Source: Geopsychrobacteraceae bacterium
GTDB lineage: Bacteria > Desulfobacterota > Desulfuromonadia > Desulfuromonadales > Geopsychrobacteraceae
Direction: 5' to 3'
NCBI GenBank assembly: GCA_963662315.1
Contig: OY759353.1
Coordinates: 4,608,001 to 4,672,000 of the forward strand
Length of the DNA stretch: 64,000 nt
Shown here piece after piece: positions 24,396 to 35,506 of the stretch (its first letter is position 1; each line of letters begins with the position of its first letter). Below the pieces are notes generated by a model. That model had not been told where the DNA came from. It was given only the letters and a program-made list of their open reading frames with translations, and did not search any database. The position numbers and the translations under genes are program-made.

Positions 24396-26459
24396 ATGTC
24401 AGCAGAATTGTTTCTCGAATTGGGAACAGAAGAATTGCCTGCCGGATTCATTCCGAAAGCACTCAATGATCTTCAAAGCCTTTTCAGCCAGGAATTGGCG
24501 GCCGCGCGTATCTCCTTCGGTGATGTGCGAACTTTTGCGACTCCGAGACGCCTCGCTATTTCGATACAAAATGTCGCTTTTCAGCAGCAACGTCAGGAAT
24601 TGGCAATTACCGGTCCTCCGGCCAGGATCGCTTATGATGCTGAAGGCAAACCGACCAAGGCTGCGGAGGGCTTTGCGCGTACCAATGGGGTATCGGTTGC
24701 TGAGCTCAAAACCATTGAAACCGAAAAGGGTGAATACCTCTTCATTGAAAAAGTTATTGAAGGAGGAGAAACCCAGACAGAACTTCCCGGAATTTTTGAG
24801 CGTGTTGTCAGTAAGCTTACCTTCAAGAAGTCGATGCGCTGGAAGGACCTTGATGTGCGTTTTGCCAGGCCTATGCATTGGATCGTGGCTCTTTTTAATA
24901 AAGAGATCGTGCCTTTTGCTTATGGTGAACTGTCCAGTAGTAATCGTTCCCGTGGACATCGTTTTATGGCCCCTGGTGAATTTACTGTCAGTGGTGTCGA
25001 AGATTACCTGCAGCAAGCTGAACAACATCATGTGATACCAGATGTTGCCAAACGGCGTCAATTAATCGAAGCGCAATTGGCCGAGTTAGCCAAATCTTTG
25101 GGAGGGCGTATAAATCCTGATGAAGAGCTTCTCGAAGAGGTCAGTTTTCTGGTTGAGTCACCACAGGCGCTGGCGGGAACTATTGCTGATAGTTTTTTGC
25201 AACTTCCTGATGAACTATTGATTACCAGCATGCGTGAGCATCAACGTTATTTCACCCTGGTCGATGACAAAGGGCAGTTGATGCCACACTTTATTACCAT
25301 TGCCAATACCCACGCTATTGATCCCAAGGTTGTTGTGGCCGGAAACGAACGTGTTCTTAAAGCTCGCCTGTCCGATGCCATGTTTTTCTGGCAGGAAGAT
25401 CAAAAGGTTAAGCTTGAAGAACGTCTTGAACCGCTTAAAAAAGTTGTTTATCAGGCAAAGCTTGGTACGAGTTACGAAAAGGTCAGCCGCTTTACTCAGC
25501 TTGCCGTCGAACTGGCGACAAAATTTGCCCCTGCGGATGTTGAGTTGACCAGAAGAGCTGCCCAGTTGGCGAAATGTGACCTTGAGACCGGGATGGTTTA
25601 TGAATTCCCGGAATTGCAGGGGGTCATGGGACGTGAGTATGCCACGCTGGAAGGTGAGGATCCGCGTGTCGCGGCGGCGATCTACGAGCATTACCTTCCA
25701 ATTCAGGCCGGGGGGGATTTGCCTTCCGATCATATCGGTGCTTTTGTCTCTTTAGCCGATAAGATGGATACTATTTGCGGCTGCTTCAGTGTCGGTCTCA
25801 TTCCTACTGGTACCGCTGATCCCTACGCTCTCAGACGTTGTGCGATCGGTATTTTGAGTATTATCCTGGATCGAGGCTACACCCTGTCAATTCCGGAACT
25901 GGTGACTAAGAGCGTTACTCTGCTTCAAGAAAAACATTTACGCGCGGCAGACGATATTGTTAATGATGTCTGTGAGTTTATCCGTCTGCGTCTGGTCAAT
26001 ATGCTGACCTCGCGCGATTTTGCCGCTGATGTTGTCGATGCTGTGTTGGCGGCACGCTTTGATGCCCCTGTTGATGCCGTCAAACGTATTGAGGCCTTAT
26101 CTGAGCTTAAAAAGCGCGAAGATTTTGAGGCTTTATCTGTTGCGTTCAAACGGGTTGGCAACATTATAAAAGGTGGCCTCGAACAACCAGTCAATACCGC
26201 TCTATTTGAAGCAGACAGTGAGAAGGTCTTATTCCGCGAGGTAGAAGACGTTGAAAAGCGTGTTGCTGCTGTTATTGCAACGGGTGATTATCTTATCGCC
26301 CTAGAAGCTGTTGCGAGTCTCAGGCCTGCTGTTGACGCCTTTTTCGAAGGCGTCATGGTCATGGCAGATGATGTTGCTGTGAAAAATAACCGTTTGGCTT
26401 TGTTAACGCAGATTGCAAGAATTTTTCAGGATATTGCTGATTTTGGCCGTTTGTCCTGA
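24396..26459 (+). CDS. glyS: Glycine-tRNA ligase beta subunit
   Basis: LELGTEELP, EFPELQGVMG, DPYALRR. Confidence 0.98.
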   Translation: MSAELFLELGTEELPAGFIPKALNDLQSLFSQELAAARISFGDVRTFATPRRLAISIQNVAFQQQRQELAITGPPARIAYDAEGKPTKAAEGFARTNGVSVAELKTIETEKGEYLFIEKVIEGGETQTELPGIFERVVSKLTFKKSMRWKDLDVRFARPMHWIVALFNKEIVPFAYGELSSSNRSRGHRFMAPGEFTVSGVEDYLQQAEQHHVIPDVAKRRQLIEAQLAELAKSLGGRINPDEELLEEVSFLVESPQALAGTIADSFLQLPDELLITSMREHQRYFTLVDDKGQLMPHFITIANTHAIDPKVVVAGNERVLKARLSDAMFFWQEDQKVKLEERLEPLKKVVYQAKLGTSYEKVSRFTQLAVELATKFAPADVELTRRAAQLAKCDLETGMVYEFPELQGVMGREYATLEGEDPRVAAAIYEHYLPIQAGGDLPSDHIGAFVSLADKMDTICGCFSVGLIPTGTADPYALRRCAIGILSIILDRGYTLSIPELVTKSVTLLQEKHLRAADDIVNDVCEFIRLRLVNMLTSRDFAADVVDAVLAARFDAPVDAVKRIEALSELKKREDFEALSVAFKRVGNIIKGGLEQPVNTALFEADSEKVLFREVEDVEKRVAAVIATGDYLIALEAVASLRPAVDAFFEGVMVMADDVAVKNNRLALLTQIARIFQDIADFGRLS

Positions 26460-26587
26460 TGATAAGATAAACACCTGAATGTTTTTAATCTTTTAGATTC
26501 GGGTCAGAAGTTTTGTTGTTCCTTACACCCGTCTGCTTCAGGCGGGTTGATTTAATAAAGTTTTATTGATGAGTTCGAGGAGACAGC

Positions 26588-29254
26588 ATGACAAAGTACG
26601 TTTATTCCTTCGGTGAAGGACAGGCAGACGGGTCAGGGTCGATGCGAGTACTGCTTGGGGGCAAAGGTGCCAATCTCGCGGAGATGACGGCGATCGGATT
26701 ACCAGTTCCTCCCGGTTTTACGCTGACAACGGACGTTTGTATGGCATTTTATGCAAACGATCGCAATTATCCTGATAGCTTGCGGGATGAGGTAGCCAGT
26801 GCCCTGAAACTTCTGGAAAGCAGAATGGGAAAAGGGTTTGGTGATCGCAGCAATCCGCTATTGGTTTCCGTGCGGTCGGGAGCTCCGGCATCCATGCCTG
26901 GGATGATGGATACCGTTCTGAACCTGGGCTTGAATGACGCAACTATTCAGGGTGTTATTGACCAAAGTAAAGATCCTCGCTTTGCCTACGACTCCTATCG
27001 GCGTTTTATCCAGATGTATGCCAACGTTGTTAAGGGGATGGATGGTGAAATCCTTGAACACCTTCTTGAAGAAGCCAAAGAGAAAAAAGGTGTGCAGCTC
27101 GATACCCAGCTGAACGCAGAAGACCTTCAGCAGCTGGTCAGCGCTTTTAAGGCCGCCTACCTCGAGCAGTTGGGGGAGGCGTTCCCGGAAGATCCTCAAG
27201 AACAGCTATGGGGAGCTATTGGTGCTGTTTTTGGTTCGTGGATGAATCCGCGCGCCGTTACGTACCGTAAACTAAATAATATTCCCGAAGATTGGGGTAC
27301 CGCTGTCAATGTGCAGGGGATGGTTTTTGGCAACATGGGGGACGACTGTGCTACCGGCGTGGCCTTTACCCGTGATCCCGCTACCGGTGAAAACTACTTC
27401 TATGGAGAGTTTCTGGTTAATGCCCAAGGGGAGGATGTTGTCGCTGGTATTCGCACCCCACAGCCGATAAACCGGGCCAAACAGAAAGATGGTGATCTTC
27501 CCTCCATGGAAGAGGTGCTCCCGGAAAGTTATCAGCAACTCGTCCAAATTCGTGAGATCCTGGAAAACCATTACAAAGACATGCAGGATATTGAGTTTAC
27601 TATCGAAAAAGGCAAGCTCTACATGCTGCAGACCCGGACTGGCAAGCGGACCGCCCAGGCAGCAATTAAAATTGCCGTCGACATGGTGGCTGAACAACTT
27701 ATTACTGAGAAGGACGCGGTTCTGCGAGTTGCGCCTTCCCAGCTTGATCAGTTGTTGCATCCGTCCATGGATCCGAATGCCACTAAAGAGGTTATGGCCA
27801 AAGGATTGCCCGCCTCGCCCGGCGCGGCCAGCGGACAGGTGGTGTTTAACGCCGAAGAGGCCGAAGAACAAAACCGTCTCAAGAAAAAGGTCATTCTGGT
27901 GCGGGTCGAGACCAGTCCTGAAGATATTCATGGCATGAATGCCGCTCAGGGGATTCTCACCGCGCGTGGCGGCATGACGTCACATGCGGCAGTTGTCGCC
28001 CGGGGCATGGGGAAATGCTGTGTGTCGGGATGTAGTGAAATCAAAATCGATTACGAGAAGCAGCAATTTACGACCAAGTCCGGTTATGTCGTTAAAAAAG
28101 GGGATGCGATTACTCTCGATGGCAGTACAGGTGAGGTCATCCTTGGTGTGGTGCCCAAAATTCAACCTTCACTCAGTGGCGATTTCGCCATTCTCATGGA
28201 GTGGGTTGATAAGTTCCGGCGCCTGAAAGTCAGAACCAATGCCGATACGCCTCACGATTCTCAGGTCGCACGTGATTTTGGCGCTGAAGGGATCGGGCTG
28301 TGCCGGACTGAGCACATGTTTTTTGAAGGGGATCGGATTCAGGCTGTCCGCGAGATGATTCTCGCCAGTAACCTGGAAGGGCGCAAGAAAGCTCTCGATA
28401 AAATCCTGCCGATGCAAAAAGGAGATTTTATCGGTCTGTTCAGGGTTATGAAAGGGTTGCCGGTAACGATTCGTCTACTGGACCCGCCACTGCATGAATT
28501 CTTGCCGCAGACTGACGATGATGTCTCAGAGTTAGCTCATGCTGTTGGCATGAAGTTCAGTGAAGTTAAGGCCCATGTCGCGCAATTGCACGAGTTTAAT
28601 CCGATGCTGGGTCACCGGGGTTGTCGCTTAGCCATCACTTATCCGGAAGTCTACGATATGCAGGTGCGCGCTATTATGGAAGCCGCTTGTGAACTGGTCA
28701 AGAATGAAGGGTTCGAGATCGTCCCGGAAATCATGATTCCACTGGTTGGTCATGTTAATGAATTGCGTATTCTTCGGGCCAATGCTGTCCGGATTGCTGA
28801 AGCGGTTTGCAGCCAATATGGTGTGAAGGTCAATTACCTGATCGGAACGATGATCGAATTGCCCCGAGCGGCATTAACTGCAGATGCCATTGCCCAGGAA
28901 GCTGAATTCTTTTCTTTTGGAACCAATGACCTGACCCAGACCACTTATGGCTTATCTCGGGATGATGCCGGTCATTTTCTCCCTGATTATGTGGAGCGGG
29001 GGGTTCTGAAAAAGGATCCGTTTGTTGCACTTGATCAGCGCGGTGTCGGCGAACTGGTTAAAATTGGTTTTGAACGTGGCCGCAGTACCCGTAATAATCT
29101 AAAGGTGGGGATTTGTGGCGAGCATGGTGGTGAACCGAGTAGTGTTGCGTTCTGCCATAAAATCGGGCTGGATTATGTGTCCTGTTCCCCTTATCGCATT
29201 CCCATCGCCAGGCTTGCGGCAGCTCATGCTGCATTAAGCGAAATAGAGGAATAG
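26588..29254 (+). CDS. ppdK: Pyruvate, phosphate dikinase
   Basis: GGKGANL, GGMTSHAAVVARG, SFGTNDLTQ. Confidence 0.99.
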   Translation: MTKYVYSFGEGQADGSGSMRVLLGGKGANLAEMTAIGLPVPPGFTLTTDVCMAFYANDRNYPDSLRDEVASALKLLESRMGKGFGDRSNPLLVSVRSGAPASMPGMMDTVLNLGLNDATIQGVIDQSKDPRFAYDSYRRFIQMYANVVKGMDGEILEHLLEEAKEKKGVQLDTQLNAEDLQQLVSAFKAAYLEQLGEAFPEDPQEQLWGAIGAVFGSWMNPRAVTYRKLNNIPEDWGTAVNVQGMVFGNMGDDCATGVAFTRDPATGENYFYGEFLVNAQGEDVVAGIRTPQPINRAKQKDGDLPSMEEVLPESYQQLVQIREILENHYKDMQDIEFTIEKGKLYMLQTRTGKRTAQAAIKIAVDMVAEQLITEKDAVLRVAPSQLDQLLHPSMDPNATKEVMAKGLPASPGAASGQVVFNAEEAEEQNRLKKKVILVRVETSPEDIHGMNAAQGILTARGGMTSHAAVVARGMGKCCVSGCSEIKIDYEKQQFTTKSGYVVKKGDAITLDGSTGEVILGVVPKIQPSLSGDFAILMEWVDKFRRLKVRTNADTPHDSQVARDFGAEGIGLCRTEHMFFEGDRIQAVREMILASNLEGRKKALDKILPMQKGDFIGLFRVMKGLPVTIRLLDPPLHEFLPQTDDDVSELAHAVGMKFSEVKAHVAQLHEFNPMLGHRGCRLAITYPEVYDMQVRAIMEAACELVKNEGFEIVPEIMIPLVGHVNELRILRANAVRIAEAVCSQYGVKVNYLIGTMIELPRAALTADAIAQEAEFFSFGTNDLTQTTYGLSRDDAGHFLPDYVERGVLKKDPFVALDQRGVGELVKIGFERGRSTRNNLKVGICGEHGGEPSSVAFCHKIGLDYVSCSPYRIPIARLAAAHAALSEIEE

Positions 29255-29274
29255 AGAGTACTTCCAATATGTCT

Positions 29275-29312
29275 AAAAAAGCTCCGGAGATTGAGTTTCC
29301 GGAGCTTTTTTT
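29275..29312. terminator. Bidirectional intrinsic terminator between convergent genes
   Basis: A6-GCTCCGGA...TCCGGAGC-T7. Confidence 0.85.
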
Positions 29313-29365
29313 GTCGTTCACACCGTTTTTTTTGGGGGGGGGAATGGCTAAAGAGCGAGCGCTTT

Positions 29366-31546
29366 TTATTGAGCTTTAAGGCCGTGTCTGGCCGTAAAGG
29401 CCAGGAACTCTTGCTTTGTCAGAGGTTTGCTGTAATAAAAACCCTGCGCAATGCAATGCCCCTGTTTCTTTAAATATTCATGTTGAATACGTGTCTCCAC
29501 TCCTTCGGCAATAAAATTCAGCTTAAGACCAGTCGATACATTGATCATGGCAGGTATGATGGTATCCTGAGGGCATTCCGTTGTAATCTTCTTCATGAAA
29601 GAACGATCCAATTTCAGAGTATGCAGGGGGAGATGGTCCAGATAGCTTAATGATGAATAACCGGTGCCAAAATCATCAATAGCGATTTTTACTCCGGCGT
29701 CAGTGAGGTTGACAATATTGGCAATGGTTTTTTTCATATTCTGAACCAGAACATTCTCTGTAAGTTCAAGTTCAATTTCTTTTGGTGCAATAGCATAAGC
29801 CGCCAGACGGTCAAGTACATATTCTGAGAAATTTTCATCGGATAATTGTTGGGCTGAAATGTTTATCGAGATGTTGACATGTAGGCCTTCCCTGTTCCAG
29901 CTATGAATATCCTGACAAACTTTTTCCAGGACAATGCTTCCGATATCGCAAATCAGAGAAGTCTCTTCGGCAATGTCAATAAATTTTCCTGGTAAAATCA
30001 ATTTGTCGTTAGGCGACTGAATGCGGACCAGTGCTTCAGCGGCATGGATTTTCAGGGAATCAATATCTATCTGGGGTTGATAGTGAACAACAAACCGATC
30101 GTGTTTGATGGAATCTCGGACCAGGTTTTCAATAAACACTTTCTGGCTGTTTTGGTTTTTTAAATTTTTATCGTACAGGCAGGAGCGGCTGGTGGATTTT
30201 TCTTTGGCATTGCACAGGGCCGTATCAACATTTTTTAGGAGCTCTTCCTGGGTCTCGCCATGCTCGGGACAGATTGCAACCCCGATACTCAAGGTAAAAT
30301 GGATATCGTGACCATTATGTAAAAAGGGAATACCTGTCTGGGTGATGATTTTATCTGCAACAGTCATTGCATCGTGCTGAGTATTGATATCGGGCAGCAG
30401 CAAAATAAACTCGTCGCCACCAAGACGGGCGAGGGTGTCGCCTTCACGAACACAACGATGCAGGCTCTCTGCAAAATTCTGTAAAAATTCATCGCCAACC
30501 GCCTGACCGTATGTATCATTGATCAGTTTGAAGCGATTGATGTCAATGGAGAGAATTGCGAAGCGCTCTCTGGTCTGACAGGCATGTTTGATCAGGGCCG
30601 CAATTCGGTCGTTGATAAGCCTCCGGTTGGGTAAGCCGGTGAGCAGATCGTGATTCATCTGATAGCGGATGATTTCCTCTGATTTCTTTCGGTCGGTAAT
30701 GTCACGAGCGACGCCGTAGGATCCAATAAAGTTGATATTATCGGTATTATGCTGGCTGAGTTTATATCCACCGGTCAGTCGTTTCTCAATGTTAAGGGCC
30801 CGCACTTCAACGTGGCGGATCTCTTTGCGGTCTTTTGTCAGCAGACAGAGCTCAAGGTTTTTGATGCTCTTGGGAATTAGCCGGTTGGAAAAAAACAGTT
30901 TGGCTTTCTCTTTATCTTTGGGATGAATAATTTCGGAATAATGCTTTCCGATCATCTCTTTACGACTGTAACCGAGCGAGCGGACGGTATTTTTATTGAC
31001 GAAAACAAAGTAGCCGTTGCGATCAAGCATGTAAAGCAGATCGGGGGAGTTATGGACAATAAAACGATGTAGAGCCTCGGATTCTTCAAGACGTTGAAGC
31101 ATCTTCTGGTTTTGCTGTGACAGTAGTCGATTTTCGAAAACCTGATTGATGGCGTGCAACAGTTCTTCTGGACGGTATGGTTTGCGGATAAAATCCTTGG
31201 CCCCTGACTTCAAAACCTGAATGGCTCGCTGGACTTCTTTTTCGCCACTGACGACAATAACGCAGGTATCAATGTTGTTGTGATTGATATAATCAATGAC
31301 TCCTTCACCGTTAAGCCCCGGCATTTCAAGATCAAGAAGGATAATATCAAAGGGCTCATTGCGGCATTCATCAATCTTCTGAATGGCGACAAGGCCATTT
31401 TCCGCAGCAGATGAATCCATTCCTTCAGTGGCGAGAATGCCCTGAATGCTACGAAGCAATACCGGATCATCATCAACAACGAGGATCTTAATCAGGTACC
31501 GTGCAAAGAGATTTTCCTGAATTTTTGAAATATAGGCTGTCTCCAT
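29366..31546 (-). CDS. REC-PAS-GGDEF-EAL c-di-GMP enzyme
   Basis: VVDDD/LLDLEMP receiver, PAS, intact GGDEF, EAL and DDFGTGYSS. Confidence 0.93.
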   Translation of the reverse strand: METAYISKIQENLFARYLIKILVVDDDPVLLRSIQGILATEGMDSSAAENGLVAIQKIDECRNEPFDIILLDLEMPGLNGEGVIDYINHNNIDTCVIVVSGEKEVQRAIQVLKSGAKDFIRKPYRPEELLHAINQVFENRLLSQQNQKMLQRLEESEALHRFIVHNSPDLLYMLDRNGYFVFVNKNTVRSLGYSRKEMIGKHYSEIIHPKDKEKAKLFFSNRLIPKSIKNLELCLLTKDRKEIRHVEVRALNIEKRLTGGYKLSQHNTDNINFIGSYGVARDITDRKKSEEIIRYQMNHDLLTGLPNRRLINDRIAALIKHACQTRERFAILSIDINRFKLINDTYGQAVGDEFLQNFAESLHRCVREGDTLARLGGDEFILLLPDINTQHDAMTVADKIITQTGIPFLHNGHDIHFTLSIGVAICPEHGETQEELLKNVDTALCNAKEKSTSRSCLYDKNLKNQNSQKVFIENLVRDSIKHDRFVVHYQPQIDIDSLKIHAAEALVRIQSPNDKLILPGKFIDIAEETSLICDIGSIVLEKVCQDIHSWNREGLHVNISINISAQQLSDENFSEYVLDRLAAYAIAPKEIELELTENVLVQNMKKTIANIVNLTDAGVKIAIDDFGTGYSSLSYLDHLPLHTLKLDRSFMKKITTECPQDTIIPAMINVSTGLKLNFIAEGVETRIQHEYLKKQGHCIAQGFYYSKPLTKQEFLAFTARHGLKAQ

Positions 31547-33651
31547 TATTTAGATTCGCCTTTGCACGATTTAAGGTTGCGGGGAATTAACAGTTTGAAC
31601 TCAGTTCCTGCCTGCGGAGCTGAATAGCAGGAAATATGACCATGCAGTTCATCAACCAGAGTTTTGACAATTGTAAGGCCAAGTCCAGAGTGTCCTGTTT
31701 TTGTACTTTCTACCGGTTGGAATAGATTTGTTAATATCCTCTCCGGTATGCCCGGCCCATTGTCACGAATAGAGACCTCTATGTACTTCCGGTTGTCCTG
31801 GTAATAATTATCTCTGGTTGTTATTACAATTGTACCGCCTTCCGGAAGAGCTTCAACCGCGTTCTTGATGATATTGATCAGGATCTGCTTGAGGTTGTCA
31901 GCTTCTGATAGAATGGTCGGGATGTGATTGTCAAGAAGCAGTTCCGAAGAAATCTTACGCGCCTGATAGATAGAGCCTAGGAAGAGCTGATTGATACTGG
32001 TGAGCAGGTTATTAATATTAACCTGGGTTTGAGATGTTATTGCCGATGTATCCTCTTTAGCGCGGAGTAGAATATTTCCGGCCCGTTCGATTTCATCACT
32101 GATGAGTTGCAGGTCCTGTTGGGCATCGACCGAGGTTTCAAGTTTTTTGCTTAAAATGTACAGATAGTTACGGACAATAGTCAGTGGGTTGCTTACCTCA
32201 TGAGTTATCTTACGGAACTCAAGCATCGAAATACCTGGTTCCTGAAAGATCTTCTGCTCACATTTGCGGTAACTTTGTGCAATCGTTTGACCCAGTAGTT
32301 GCAGGAGCGGCAGTCTCACATTCAGTCTGGAAGCTTCGTCGTGCCGCAGACCCAGAACCACTAATCCGAGGGGAGCTTCTGCAGTGCCGATTGGCAGGCA
32401 AAAGGCCTCCTGACTACCGAGAATGCGTAGCACCTGGCGGTCAGTAATAGTCGTGTTATCCAGGGTTTGGAAACCGCCTCTTCCGGTTTTAAGGGCTGCT
32501 AACAGAGCACTTTGCGTGTCTGGCAGGTCATAGACGATGGCACTGAGTTGATTATTGCGCAGGTCGTTAATTGGGATCAGTCGGGTTCGGTTGTCTTCAA
32601 CGCGAAAAAAGACGATCTGGTCAAGGTTGAATAGGGTTTTGATTCCGACCCTTAAACTTTTGGCCAGCTCAAGATATTCAGAGCTTTCTTCTTTAGCGAT
32701 TGTGGTTGCCAGAGCGATATCTTGGACCTGGAGGCCCAGTTGCTTGTTATTCTGACTGATCTGCTCCATCTGACAACACGCTGCTTCCTGCTCTTCAAGG
32801 TAAAATTTGCCGCTATAACCTAGATCAACAATCATTTTTTGACTCTTAGTGACTGCCCGTTGAACACAATCCAAAATAGTCCCCTCGGTCAGATTGAAAA
32901 GAGCTCCGGCACGACTGATAACTTCGCAATTTTTGCAAGCATTGTTGTAAGCACTTAAAGAGGAGGCAACAGCAATTATTTTGAGTAGAACCGGTGCCGC
33001 GAGTAGTTCCTTGGTCGGTGCGTGCTGAAATTCGATGGCATCGGCAATGAATGAATCCAACTTCCATGAATTAACCAGTGCCGCTCCCAGTTCACAATGG
33101 GTTGCCTGCATCAGATTCTTTTCCTGGGCCAAAAAGTTGGACGGATCAGCATAGTAGCGATCAAGAACCGGCAAATACTCTTTTTCGCGGTTTATCAGGA
33201 AGAGCAACATACCAACCTGATGCAGTAAGCCCGCTAGAAATGCTTCCCCTGGGTTATTGTATCTGGTCAGTTTGGCCAGCCTTTCGGCCAGGTTCGCGCA
33301 ATGGAGGGCACGCAACCAGATAAATTGTATATTTTGGGAAAATTCAAGGGAAAAACTGGCGAAAAATTGTTGAATAGCACATGTCGTGACAATGTTGCGC
33401 ACATTGGAGAGGCCCAGAATGATCAGCATTCTCCGGACATCGGTGATCTGGTTCCACTGGCGGTAGGCCGGAGAATTTGCGACCTGAAGAATTTTGGCGG
33501 TCAGACCGCTATCTTGAGTGATGGCATTGGTTAATTGTTCAAAATTGGCGCCGTCCTGATAGCACAGGTTTAACAGCTCAACAAGCAGGCGAGGTTCAGA
33601 GGGGAGGTTCTCAACTGAATAGCTTTTGTCCTTCAGTAAAATATACTGCAT
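31546..33651 (-). CDS. HDOD-domain histidine kinase
   Basis: HDOD (LTAKILQVANS, AGLLHQVG), H-box HEVSNPL, HATPase N and G boxes. Confidence 0.88.
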   Translation of the reverse strand: MQYILLKDKSYSVENLPSEPRLLVELLNLCYQDGANFEQLTNAITQDSGLTAKILQVANSPAYRQWNQITDVRRMLIILGLSNVRNIVTTCAIQQFFASFSLEFSQNIQFIWLRALHCANLAERLAKLTRYNNPGEAFLAGLLHQVGMLLFLINREKEYLPVLDRYYADPSNFLAQEKNLMQATHCELGAALVNSWKLDSFIADAIEFQHAPTKELLAAPVLLKIIAVASSLSAYNNACKNCEVISRAGALFNLTEGTILDCVQRAVTKSQKMIVDLGYSGKFYLEEQEAACCQMEQISQNNKQLGLQVQDIALATTIAKEESSEYLELAKSLRVGIKTLFNLDQIVFFRVEDNRTRLIPINDLRNNQLSAIVYDLPDTQSALLAALKTGRGGFQTLDNTTITDRQVLRILGSQEAFCLPIGTAEAPLGLVVLGLRHDEASRLNVRLPLLQLLGQTIAQSYRKCEQKIFQEPGISMLEFRKITHEVSNPLTIVRNYLYILSKKLETSVDAQQDLQLISDEIERAGNILLRAKEDTSAITSQTQVNINNLLTSINQLFLGSIYQARKISSELLLDNHIPTILSEADNLKQILINIIKNAVEALPEGGTIVITTRDNYYQDNRKYIEVSIRDNGPGIPERILTNLFQPVESTKTGHSGLGLTIVKTLVDELHGHISCYSAPQAGTEFKLLIPRNLKSCKGESK

Positions 33652-33827
33652 GCAAAATGCCCTTGTGTCTCCCCCCTTCTTCCATTATTGCTGAGCCATA
33701 TGGAGCTTTTTATATTTTAATTTAGATAAATGAGTGGCTAATATACTGTAAATATACAAATAAATAAATAAACTTAATGATTAGAATTGCATAAAGGTGC
33801 CCGTAATGGTGGCTGTATTATCTCTTC

Positions 33828-34706
33828 CTATTTCTCGCGCAACAAGTAACCCAAGCGAGAAGCTTGGGCCGCATCGAGGCGTCCCGAACGCCGTGCCAGT
33901 AGTAGTGTGTGGCGCGCCAGCGTTAGATACAGATCTAGAAACTGAGGTTGCCGTGATTCAATTGTGAGCAGGTGGCTTGAAACGGTCGTGGTGTCGCCGC
34001 GGACGATAGGTCCGGTCAGTGCTTGTTCCGGAGAACCCGCGAACAGGTTGTCTACTGTTGTCCTGACTAATGGTTCAAGGAGCTGTAATGATTTATGCTC
34101 TTCGATGTCGCACTTGTCCATAAGCTGTACTGCGGCTGCCAGCAATGTGACAAGAAAATTTGAAGCGACACTGGCCGCACTATGATAAGCCGCTTTAGCG
34201 TCCGCAGTGAGCATAAAACTAACGGCTTGCAAATTGGAGACGAGAAGCTCTCCGGTTTTAAGCCCGAGATCGTTACCTTCCAATGCGCATGGACAATTTT
34301 CTAATCTTTGGCTGGCTTGCTGGCGGTCGGCAAACGAGAGCAGCGGATGTAATGAAAGCAATCCCGGTAGCAGTGCTTCTGGGCTTTTCAAGAGGCTTGA
34401 AGGATGTAAGCCACTGAAGTGAACCAGAGTCTGAGTTGCCGATAAGAGATGGTCTTTCTGGAGTTCTGTACTGACTTCAGTGATTGCATCGTCTGGTACC
34501 GCGATCAAAATAATCTGGGCTCTGCCGGCGTTTATCAGCTCAGTAGTCGCCAGATCTGAAGCACACCCGATAAACTGGCAGGCATCCTGAGCCCGTGCGA
34601 GGTCTCGGCTGACGATGGCGGTGACCGGGTGCCCTGAGGCGTAAAGCCGGGCGGCTACCGCGCACCCGACTTTTCCTGGCCCAATCAAAGATATGGAGGG
34701 TTTCAT
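33828..34706 (-). CDS. Rossmann-like/DUF2520 protein (PanG-type ketopantoate reductase family)
   Basis: IGPGKVG, HFSG, HPL, AYHSAA, LTGPIVRGD. Confidence 0.85.
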   Translation of the reverse strand: MKPSISLIGPGKVGCAVAARLYASGHPVTAIVSRDLARAQDACQFIGCASDLATTELINAGRAQIILIAVPDDAITEVSTELQKDHLLSATQTLVHFSGLHPSSLLKSPEALLPGLLSLHPLLSFADRQQASQRLENCPCALEGNDLGLKTGELLVSNLQAVSFMLTADAKAAYHSAASVASNFLVTLLAAAVQLMDKCDIEEHKSLQLLEPLVRTTVDNLFAGSPEQALTGPIVRGDTTTVSSHLLTIESRQPQFLDLYLTLARHTLLLARRSGRLDAAQASRLGYLLREK

Positions 34707-35359
34707 GCCACTGAAACCTGTAACATCCCGACTTGCTCGATTGATCCACTGAGGAGATCGCCGCTGACAATCTTTGAAACCCCGGCAGGTGTGCCGGTCA
34801 GAATGATATCGCCCTGTTGCAGAGTGAAGTATTTTGAAATTTCACTGATAATTTCTTCAACCGAGCGCATCATCTGTGCCGTTGTGCCCTGTTGCCTGAT
34901 CTCGCCATTGACTTTCATGGTCAGTTGCAGATTGTTGGGGTCAGTCACCTGCTCTGCAGCAACAAAGTCGGATAGTGGACAGGACGTATCAAAGCCTTTG
35001 GCAATTTCCCAGGGTAGACCTTTTTCTTTGAGTTCGTCCTGGACATCACGTAATGTCAGGTCTATGGCAACACCATAACCTGCAATATAAGACAGGGCGT
35101 CTGCCTCTGGGATGCGTTTTCCCTGTTTCCCTATAAGCAATGCCAGTTCGAGTTCATGGTGGCAATTTTGTGAGTAGTCCGGAATGATAACTTCTCCGCC
35201 ATCAGGAAGGATGCTGGTTGCAGGTTTGCAGAACAAAACTGCTCGATCCGGGACTTTATTACCAAGTTCGCGGATATGATCCAGATAGTTGCGGCCGAGG
35301 CAGACAATTTTGCCAACCGGACAGGAAATGCCGGCTGGTGTAATTTTGACTTGGTACAT
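34703..35359 (-). CDS. Fumarylacetoacetate hydrolase family protein
   Basis: GRNYLDH, HHELEL, TGTPAGV; start MYQVK behind GGAGG. Confidence 0.92.
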   Translation of the reverse strand: MYQVKITPAGISCPVGKIVCLGRNYLDHIRELGNKVPDRAVLFCKPATSILPDGGEVIIPDYSQNCHHELELALLIGKQGKRIPEADALSYIAGYGVAIDLTLRDVQDELKEKGLPWEIAKGFDTSCPLSDFVAAEQVTDPNNLQLTMKVNGEIRQQGTTAQMMRSVEEIISEISKYFTLQQGDIILTGTPAGVSKIVSGDLLSGSIEQVGMLQVSVA

Positions 35360-35506
35360 GTTTTCCTCCACAATAGGGTATGCTGTGAGTTTTTTCATCT
35401 TGCGAAGATAGCGGGTTTGTAGCGCGTTTTGCAAGGGATATGTCATGCTTCTCGACGTTCGCAAAACGGCAGCAGGGCGGACGGCAGAGCATAATATTGA
35501 GGCGCC

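Noticed and set aside
29326..29342. T8G9 homopolymer tract
   Set aside because: It is intergenic between convergent 3' ends, with no evident phase-variation target.
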